Shown piece by piece: positions 51,545 through 61,738 of a stretch of DNA of 64,000 bases. The stretch is from positions 50,344,001 to 50,408,000 of the forward strand of contig NC_088859.1 in NCBI RefSeq assembly GCF_963853765.1, written 5' to 3'. Position numbers and translations under genes: made by a program. Numbering within the stretch: the stretch's first letter is position 1; each line of letters starts with the position of its first letter. The DNA is from Magallana gigas (lineage: Eukaryota). The notes beneath the pieces were generated by a model that was given only the letters and a program-made list of their open reading frames with translations, did no database searches and had not been told where the DNA came from.

Positions 51545-53563
51545 GAATTAAATAGTGAAGCACGCATACTCTTAGCGAAATAGATTTGTAAAACCCGCAT
51601 TTCCTCTTGGGTGGAAGTGTAAAAAACGACTATTTAGAACCAATCACGAGGTAATTCCGAAAGACGCGTTAGCAATAATCAAAGTGAAAAGCGGGGAATA
51701 GTAATAACTGATAAGTAAGAAAATCAAAAATAAATCAAATAAAATATTAAGAACAGATTGAAAAATGATTATGAACATAAAATGATTGAGAAAATAAACA
51801 TACAAGTTAATATTTCTGACTTACAATTATTTCATATCATAGCATGTAATATACATGTATATAAATGTAATTTCAAAATATTTTCCTTTTTGAGATATAG
51901 GTGGTCATAGTTTATGGACTCTTGACCCCTAAAAAATCCTTATTACATAACACATGAATAAATCATTACATTGCTTGGATACATAACTGTAAGATAAACA
52001 TATTTGCTTTTATAGCCTTTCATTAAATTTCCCCCAGTAAAGAGCTACGGATGAAGGAATTTAAAGCCTTAAATTCCCTAATTTTAGGGGCCATCCCCTT
52101 TTTCTTGATATCAAATAAAAGTTCATTTAAATCTCAACACATTTTGTTCAACAACTGTTTAGGAATTCGTTACCGTTCTTGAGATGTATGGGAAAGAACG
52201 TTTTAGGGGCTGATCCCTTAACTCCTTATAGGGGCCGTTAAACGAAATTTTGAAAATTGCATATTATTTAGTACATCATTCTGAGTATCTTTTCCTCTTT
52301 ACTGCATTTCAAAATATTTTTTCTTTCTGAGATATATGTGATCAAAATTCTATAATTTTGGCCCCTAAAAACCCCTTATCATGTAACACAAGATAAAATC
52401 ATTAATACATTGTTTGGATACATAACTGTAAGATAAACGTATTTGCTTCTATAACCGTTCACAAAATATCCATCAGTAAAGGGCTACAGATAAAAGACTT
52501 TAGAGCCCTTTGGTCCTCTAATTTTAGGAGCAAGCCCCTTTTTCTTGATATCAAATAAAAGGTCATTTAAATTCCAACCCATTTTGTTCAACAACTGTTT
52601 AGAAATTCGTTACCGTTCTTGACATATATGGGAAAGAACATTTTAGGGGCCGATCCCTTAACTCCTTGTAGGGGCCGCGGCCGTTTAACGAAATTTTGAA
52701 AATTGCATATGATTTAATACATCATTCTGAGCATCTTTTCTTCTTTACTGCATTTCAAAATATTTTTTCTTTCTGAGATATATGTGATCAAAATTCTGGA
52801 CTTTTGGCCCCTAAAAACCCCTAATTACGTAACACATGATAAAATCATTACATTGCTTGGATACATAACTGTAAAATAAACATATTTGCTTCTATGACTA
52901 TTCACAAAATATCTCTCAGTAAAGGGCTACATATGAAAGACTTTAGAGCCCTTTGGTCCCCTGATTTTAGGGGCCAGTCCCTTTCTCTTGATATCAAATG
53001 AAAGGTCTTGTAAATATAAACTTTTTTTGCATTACATGTGTTAACAAAATATTTTTCTTTTCAGAAAGAGATAAACTAAGAAAACCATGAAAAATTACGA
53101 CTTTTTTGAGTCTCAATTTTCGGGACCAGGCGAGCTTTAACGCCTTTTGAGAATGACAAATATGAATGCCAAATTGCACATCGACAATCTCTTGTCTACA
53201 ATCCCTGAAAGTTTGAACTCAATATCTTTTACCGTTTAGGAGGAGATCCAAGGACAAGCCGACCCTCTGAAAATCGCTAAAACGTCATTTTCTCAAGAAC
53301 GGAAATGACGTCATCAAAATAAAAAAAGTTAAGTTCGGATTAATATCTGTTAGATCTGGAAGTTTCACAAAAATCGGTTCAGCCATCTCTGAGAAATCGC
53401 CTGCACAAATTTTGTAAGAAAAAAAAAATAATAATAGGGAAAAAGAAACCGAACGAAAACAATAGGGTCTTCCGTTGGAAAACGAAAGGCCTTAATAATA
53501 ATAGGGAAAAAGAAACCGTACGAAAACAATAAGGTCTTCCGTTGGAAAACGGAAGACCTTAAT
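51545..53563 (-). mobile_element. Second HINE/Helentron-like non-autonomous element carrying ~2.5 copies of a ~440-bp satellite
   Basis: Unit starts ttcaaaatatttt at ~51872, 52308, 52754; terminal stem-loop aaggtcttccgttggaaaacggaagacctt at the right end; left boundary approximate. Confidence 0.68.
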
Positions 53564-53569
53564 AACAAA

Positions 53570-54735
53570 TCGTGAACCATCTCAAAAATCCTTTAAACGG
53601 AATACAAATTCAAAGCAGAGCAACACGGACCTCCAAACAGAGGTAGGATCAGGTGCCTAGGATGAGTGAGCATCCTCTGCTGATCGGTCACAACCGCCGT
53701 GTGCTCTTTGTCGGGAAAAAATCGGAAAAGTCCGTAGACAATTAGGTGATTAATTATGGTCTAACAATTAGTATGAAAAACGTCAGTCAGCATTCGACCA
53801 AGTGGAAGATTGTATTTTGCTGACAAGGTCGTTGTATCGACCATAGAACTTGCGAAAAGATGACTTCAAACTATCGACAGTCTCTGTCGATAGTCCTGTT
53901 TTATCAACTTGTTTCTCAGTAGCTTGCTTCGTCTTAGAAACTGTTCATACGAGGGCATGCCCTTGCGTATCGAATCACACTGAGAAACAAAAACACCATA
54001 TGCAGGTGATGAAGGTATATTGCTACATAAGTAAGGAAAGTTGACTAAAGAAAATTGGAAGCCATCGCTTTTATCATAAAGATTTGTTGTCAGGTTACCA
54101 TCAATGTCTTTGTCAAGTAAAAAATCAAAATATGAGACAGATGACGCAGACTCTTTGGTATTTTTTATTCACCGGGATATATCAAGTCGACGTAAGTATT
54201 GAAATAACAATTGTTAATTGATAATACGTCGTCGATATACCTGCATGTTGAGTTGAAGGCCAAAGCGTGTGATTTATTTATTTCGCGTACAAATTTTTTG
54301 AATAAATATACAAAAGTAAGTCTGCTAACAATGGGGCATAATTGGTACCCATGGGAATTCCAACAAATTGTTGGAAGACTTGGTTTCTAAAAACTACATA
54401 GATGTTGTCTATCAAAAACACGAGCATCTTTTTAATGTCCACTTCAGAGTACTTGTGTATGTAATGAGAATGGTTTTTAACAAAATAATTTTTTAGATTT
54501 CCAATGACAAGGTAGGCATTTTTACGACTTCCATTTTTCATTTAAAAACAACTGTCGATGATATCAAAAAGCCTAGATTGTTTTTTTTGTCACGAGGAAT
54601 GGTTGTATAAAGCGTTGAAAAATCGTACGTTTTGATGTTATTGATTTTGGTAAGATTTTGTGACCTCAAAGTTTCTAATAATTTTTTTTAGAGTTTTTTA
54701 ATATCCACATCTGATTCACACCACTTCTGGAGTAT
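53570..54735 (-). mobile_element. 5'-truncated, decayed Penelope-like element: RT core, thumb and 3' UTR
   Basis: Minus strand: RSGVNQMWILKNSK, KTYDFSTLYTTIP, GIPMGTNYAPLLADL, CRYIDDVLSIN, LYDK, SNIPSSPAYGVFVSQ, SFRKFYGRY; ORF stops near 53765. Confidence 0.88.
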
Positions 54736-56346
54736 ATTTTTGTGCAGTACTTTTGAAGTTTCTCCTTCACTACTGTAAGAATTTTAGTAAGAAGTAAAGA
54801 GAGAGATTTGGTAGAACATTTACTGGAACCTGCTATATATCTATGAATAAGATACTAGTAGTACAAATGCCAATTTGGTTAGGTCATTAAACACAATTCT
54901 TTTTATTTTCAGATATGTATGAAATTTTCACACATTCAAACCGACAACAATTTCAATTGATTGTATCAGTTCATATCTTTAAATTTCTTAAATTTGATTT
55001 TATTGACTTTTTTCAAATATTCTTTTGATTTTTTGACAAGTCAACGGGTTTTCTATTCTAACACCGTTGAAAGCGGTGTAATGTATAGAAAACTCATGTT
55101 TTCCAAAAAGTTACTTAAGACTCAAAAGTTGTTCATAATTTTGACAGATGGAAGGATAGAATATCTTTTATATAACAATTTAGAGGAGAGAGTTAGATCC
55201 TCTGAATTCCATTACTGTAAAATGAAATTATTTGAAAATAAAAATCGAATTTAAATCAACGGTTCCTTGCTTTTTATTTATTAAATCGTTAGATCCATAA
55301 GTGTAATTTTCTTTTGTTGTTTAATTTGTGCATAAATCCCAGTTAGAATCTCTCAAAAGTTATTTTGAATATAAATCAGCAGATTCCCAAATTTGTCATA
55401 ACAAACTTGTTAAATTTGTTATGTCGTTATAAGTATGGTCATTTGTGTCAAAGAGTGATCCTTGTCTGGCAATCAACGCCATAGTACTATACTGCAAGAT
55501 GGTCTTTCATTGGTTTTAGGGTATTTACCAATCAATTTATATTAAACCAATCATTGAACCATTGAATCATTAAACCAGTGATGTGACTATCACCTAGGAA
55601 CATTGAGCTCAAACAGGTCATCTTAACGAAGAAGAGAGAGACAGTATTCAATTGACAAAAGTTCAAGAAATAAACACCAAAGTGATAAATGTCGTGTATA
55701 AGCAAACAAATCTCAATATTCTGTGAACAATAAGCATGTTAATATGAATAGGAAGTTGGTTTACATCTAATTACTTGACTGGCTATAATAACATGTTATT
55801 ATCAACAATACAACTCATGCCGTTATACTAGCTCGACGTGTGTTGGGCAGATGCTTGACTTAAACATCGTGATAGCTTGTGATAATTGTAACATGGCTCC
55901 TATAACACTGTGTTTAAATTTACCCTTTTCCCTCTCTGATACTGCATTAAAAATAACATATCTCGCCATTAAAAATAACATATCTCGCCTACAGTCAGGC
56001 TAAAAAGAATCAGTTGCCACCAGAAGTTCATCTCCATTCAAATCCCGTTGTTAGACGTAATGGGTAGGACATGTGTTATAGCGAGAACTGAAAGATAATT
56101 TAACAGTGTATATAACCATACAATCAGTGGGTACAATGTGTGTTGTTGGAACCATTCATATCCTTAGCAATGCTGTTACATTGATTCGATAAACAATTAG
56201 CAGTGTTCTTCTTAAAGCCTGTACAATTCGTTTGTCAAAAGAAAATGTATGAAACTGGATCTACAAACCGTTAGCAATTGTTAGGATATATAAACCATGG
56301 TGTCAAACGAAATCGAAATCAAATCTGATGACCCGACTACAGAACA

Positions 56347-57223
56347 ATGTGGGCATCGAAAACTGTGTTGTATAGTTTCACGGTCGTATTTGCTGTGGTT
56401 TACCTGTGTACGTGTGTTGTAGCAGCCCCAACTCAGGATAAACAAAAAACAACAAGGGAGTAAAATTTAAGAATCTTAATTTCTGTAAGTGTAATTCGAA
56501 AAAAAAAATCATTGCAGATAACAAAATCCAATTTCACTTAAAAAAAAAGTTGATAAATGCATTTGAAAGTAAGTGAATATAAATATGTACACATATTTTG
56601 TTAAGATTTGAGACTAATAAATGCTAAAATAATCATACTATGAAGTCCTTTCGTTTTGTTTTCTCATATATAGCGAAAAAATAACAGAACTAAAAACTTG
56701 CCAAATATTCCATAAACACATCCTTTAAATTAGCCAAATGTACATGTAGCTGCGCATTTTTTTATCGCCTCGCTAAAATGCTTCTTTTTTCATGCAAGAT
56801 TCAAATTATGTCAAACATAGAAGACCTATGGAAGAAAAATTAAATTTGGTAAGATTCAATGAATCAAAGGTAACTAAAACACACTTGTTAAAGAAAATGT
56901 TTCTGAAGGTTTGATCAAGGTCAAATAAACTCAACGAGAGAACGAAAAATATTATTTATATATTATGTTATAAAAAAGGCGATATCTGGTCGTTTTTTTC
57001 GCTCTCAATATTGAAATATTGATAAAAATTGATGGATTTGATACACGGGATATTTTAATTACAGACACTACGAAAAGTAGTTCTGACATTACTACAATTG
57101 ACGCAGTGGCTGGAAATTCCTTCTTTGAGTCCACTGGCTCAGGGTATGAGCTAACTAGCCAGAACCCCGCCTACATTGAGGGCGAAACGTCTGTGGTTGA
57201 TGAATCCAACCAAGGCACACCAG
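56347..57223 (+). pseudogene. Orphan protein paralogue 3, probable pseudogene (exon 1 donor lost; last exon not in window)
   Basis: Paralogue 2 cagcag|gtgagt is caacaa|gggagt here; read-through hits TAA at 56461-56463; exon 2 57065-57223 is intact. Confidence 0.7.
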
Positions 57224-57289
57224 GTCGGTAAACGAGGCAGGACAGGTCAATAAATAATATAGATCGATAATTATACAAAACACTAAAGG

Positions 57290-57900
57290 CTGTTAAACAA
57301 GGCACAATAGGTCGGTAAACAAGGCACGATAGGTCGGTAAACAAGGCACAATAGGTCGGTAAATAAACACGATAGGTCCGTAATTAATGCACGATAGGTC
57401 GGTAAATAAGGCATGATGAGTCGGTAAACAAGATAAAATAAGTCGGTAAGGAAGGCACGATAGGTCGGTTATTAAGGCAAAATATGTCTTTTTATAAGGC
57501 ACGATATGTCGGTTAATAAGACAAAATAGGTCGGTTAATAAGCACGATAGGTCAGTTAATAAGGCACGACAGGTCGGTAAACAATGTAATATTGGTCGGT
57601 AAATACACAACACAATTAGTCGGTTAAAAAAATGTACAAAAGGTTGGTAAACAATGTAATATTGGTCGGTTAATAAACGATACAATAGGTCGGTAAAAAA
57701 GCCAGAATAGGTTGGTAATCATACAAGGCACAGATAGTTCGGTTAACAAGACACGATATGTCGGTAAACGAGGCACGGTAGGTGGGTAAACTAGGTACGA
57801 TAGGTCGGTAAATAAGGCACGAAAGATCGGTATATTAGGTAAGATAGGTCGGTAAATAAGGCAAGAAAGGTCTGTAAATAAGGCATGATAAGTCAGTAAT
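57290..57900 (+). repeat. 22-bp minisatellite (aggtcggtaaacaaggcacgat family), ~27 diverged copies
   Basis: Same unit as 39790-39990, expanded. Confidence 0.92.
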
Positions 57901-58029
57901 CGTAATGTTGTCTCTGAATTCATATTATATGTATCAAGTTAGGTTGAAATGAATGTAAGGTTGTCTTTTTAAATTTATGTTGGAATGTTTTTTTGGGGAT
58001 TCAACCACGACTGATATTATTTTTGTAAA

Positions 58030-58754
58030 TGTTACTTTACTTTTAATTTTATAACCATAATTGCGAAATAATCACTTTACTTTGATATGATTGAATGGTA
58101 TAATAAATTTTCCTTTTAACACTCTGTGCTTGAGACCTTTATTTGTCTGAAACTCTACGCTCCAGCAAGAGTGCTGAACCAAAGCCTCCCAGACCGCAGT
58201 CTGAAACCTTTTGCCTAAAATCACTCTCTTGGCTTTGTATTAATTACTAGTACAGTACTGAAGAATATATAAATCTCAAATGGTCCGAGACACCGCAAAT
58301 GATACCTATAATTCTTAACCGTAGAGTTCTTTTCGTCTCTGCAGCTATCCGCCAACTGAACTCCGTTCAATAGAGCGTCGGCCTTTTATAGCCGCTAAAA
58401 TCGCTTTCTGTCACGTGACTCGGGATCATCGTAACGTTTCATCTAATGAGAGGAAATTATCTGATTCAATGATGCTTTAATCGGAATATATTCTACAACG
58501 TTATAGCATAATATTTCACGACCTATACATGTAATAGTGAAATTGTTTTTCTCTCACATATATACCTATATCAATCTACAAAGTGCTTAGTGTTCAGTAT
58601 ACTGTTTCAATATTGCTGCGTTATCGTATTTAGCATACAATACACAAAAGTCTCTGTCAACTCTAAACTACGATTATTCAGGTAGGTCCATTACAGAATA
58701 ATTCCATCATCGAGCCCGATCAAATATACATCATATTGTTACATCCCCTTTCCT
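58030..58754 (-). mobile_element. LTR with adjacent polypurine tract (3' LTR of a minus-strand LTR retrotransposon)
   Basis: Minus strand reads aggaaagggga|TGTAAC at 58754-58738; TATAAAA at 58390-58384; AATAAA at 58143-58138; candidate other end tgttac at 58030 (uncertain). Confidence 0.6.
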
Positions 58755-60612
58755 TAGATAAAACCCTTGAATATCTAACGATAATATTATGCTTGAAATG
58801 ACTAGAAAATAAGTATACGCTGTCTCCTGCAGTTAACCTGACTAGCAACTGAAATATGATTTCGACTAGAGTTCATTAGACGTAATTGCTCATCTGGTTT
58901 GGTATGGCTTCTAACTTAACAATATAACAACACTCTATTTTTAGACAGGGTCACGTGACCCCGTCTATTGGTTTACTGTCAGCCGAAGTCTTAAACCGGA
59001 AGGCACGCGTAGAACACATGAATTGAGTCTACGCGTAAGAAAATAGTGCAGAAAGTTTTCATGCATTTCAGTAAATATGTATTATAAAAACACGCATTAA
59101 ATCTTTTTAAGTCCTCTGTGTATAAACAAAATTCTATTTAGAAAATAAACAAATAGTTTTATTGATCAAAATATTCTTGCTCGGGTTCAAATGTGGAATG
59201 TGTTACGTAACTGAATACACAGCGCCGTTGACGATTCAGTTGTTGTACGAGCTCATTAATCAATAGAAGAGGTTGATGGTGGAATCGAAATTAAAGTTCG
59301 AAAACCCAATTTGCCATTTTTGAAAAGTTGTGAATCTTATTTTGACAATCGTTCACCTTAATATTAATACTACCAAACTTCATGCGCAAGCCGAAGTTAA
59401 AATCGGGACGGGTTATACACAGATGTTTTACAAATTAAATAGTTGTTTGATTGTCTTCCAGTCTGCTTGCGGTATGACTGCTGTTCGTCTCTAAAGGAAT
59501 TTTGTACAAAGAAAATAAAAACAAGTCTGAATTTGCCTTATCGTCCGTTGGCTCTTTCGTTGATTAAACTGAATTTAAATTTTAAACAATGCATTGTAAG
59601 CAAAATCTATAATAGATTATACATTTTGGAAGACTTATACATCATTGCGTGGACCCTGAGGTCCACGCAGAAAATATATAAGCGAGGTTAAACCGGATGC
59701 AATGGGGAAAATTCAGCCTGCGCATGAGCTAGCCTGGTTCCTGTGCGTAATGGTAGCTTAGGGAACCAGGTTAGCACAGGTTTAGCTGAATCGGGATCGG
59801 GATTCCATGCCATATGCACATATAAGTTCAAAGGCGCTGTAATTGTAAAGTTGTCGGTAAACATTACAGAAACAAAGTACTCCTTTTAAAGAAATGATTG
59901 GCATGTGATATATATTGTCAGTATTATGAAATAAGGTAATGTTATGCCGAAACTACAACATGGATCAAATAGCATAATTTGCAATGTTTTGTTGTTTTCC
60001 GAATACACATGTTGCTTACTAGTAACTTTACTTTTATAGAAGGCGAAGCTAGAGTACTTCCCGATTAAAATTATTTAAGCATTTAAATATGATTGAATAA
60101 TTATGTGACTGTATATAATATATGATTGAATAATTATGTCACTGTATAAAAGTTTAAATCTCAAGAAAAATGCATCAAAATATGAAATTGATTTACACAA
60201 TTATAGTATAGCTGTCACTGCATAACGTAGTTAACAAAGTAGAGTGAAGCGTAATGTGTGCGCAAATAGTAGAATTCGCCGAATGCCTGATACTATACAT
60301 GCAATCTTCATTAATATAGATCATAATTATTTTAGAAGTATGAACCCTTTAAATTCTGGGATTAAAAGTCAACTATACACATATATACGTAAAACAAAGT
60401 ATAAATTTAGTGGTTAAAAGCAGAGGGCTAGAGTCGGTGGAATCTCTGATAATCTTAAGGCTTTCACGTTTTCGTTGGTACCACATGCAAATGGTCCACG
60501 TATTGCAGCCCTTTTTTAAAGGACAGCAACTTGTATAATATATATACAATCTTATCGATTGAAGAACCAAGTTAAATGTTAATGTTCATGTTTTCCGGCT
60601 TAGTTGGAATTA

Positions 60613-60950
60613 GGCTTGGGGTGAATTACATTGTAAAATAATGCATTACATTACCATTACTTCATGAATTAGGACATTAAATTACCATTACCTTTACTTA
60701 ATTTTCTTGAAGTAATGCATTACATTACCATTACATGAGTAAAGTAATGCATTACCATTACTTTGTGAAAAGTCAATAAGTTTTAAAAAAGTAATTTAAA
60801 AACAAAATAAAGAGTTTTTGTAAATATTTCATAAATAAAACATGCTTAAAATATTTACAGTTTCATGTTAATGTTCACTATCAGGTTCAAATTTAATGAC
60901 TTATACAAGATTGCTGTTGCACTTGTAGTTCTCAAAGTAAGGTTGGTCCC
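60613..60950. mobile_element. Truncated MITE-like fragment with gtaatg/cattac subterminal repeats
   Basis: Starts ggcttggggt, the same decamer as the 9550 TIR; repeated cattac/gtaatg motifs; second end not found. Confidence 0.4.
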
Positions 60951-61738
60951 GTAACATTTACACGCTAATGCCGGAGTTGACAATCTCTGTTATTTATGTC
61001 TCTGATTTTCGGAGTATGATTTTTAATGAAAGGAACGGTTGTATCGTAATTCGTGTAGGTGATGCACGAGTTTACACAAAAAAGTAGTAAGTGGCGAACG
61101 GATTTATTTTTACCTATTAATTTTGCATGAATCGCAAATGAAGAAAATCGTGTCAGATAAGTCGGTCTCAAAAATCAAAATGGCGCCCTTGACAAATCTT
61201 TTTATTGTTAAAGTTCTTGGAATCTTATTGTAAAAAAAAATATTTCTAACGTCAGGTGCCTGTGTTTGTTATCGGTATACAAATGTTCACTTTGTTTGTT
61301 AATTCAGCAGTTTTAGAGTTTTCGGGGTTTTCATTAAACTTTTATTACGGATACCGTCCGACTGGTGGATTTTCCCTTGGATCACAAAATTGAATAAATC
61401 TAATGATTAAAATTATCTACTTTGATATAGTTGTTTGATTTTCCCGGTTAGTAGTAATTTTTATTTTTTTTCCTTAGGGCCTAATTTTACATAATATACC
61501 TTTGTGTTAATTTTCTACAATTATGAAGGCCGGGATTGAGTAAAATTTAGACAAAGTATCGAACGATTGCAAAAAAGCCGAATTAACATAGATTGTAACA
61601 ACTAATTCAAACTCATAAATTTTGGAAGCATATTCGAGGAAATCCAGGACAATTACAAATTCAAACTTTCAAGACCCCGTCTTTCAGTACTCTCAGTACT
61701 TTGATTATCTCAAACACTGGTGACAAGTTGGTTTAGAG

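Larger units (their letters stand above)
55815..57975 (+). repeat. Segmental duplicate of 38380-40056 (promoter, exon 1, intron 1, exon 2 and minisatellite of the orphan gene)
   Basis: Colinear high identity from the upstream region through exon 2. Confidence 0.92.

Noticed and set aside
53570-54250. Hammerhead ribozyme or SECIS in the Penelope-like element
   Set aside because: No CTGATGA/GAAA core with pairing found on either strand by eye; a SECIS cannot be supported without a covariance search.
57293-57923. Minus-strand ORFs with repeated YRALFTDLSCL (also 39648-40010)
   Set aside because: Antisense reading of the 22-bp minisatellite.
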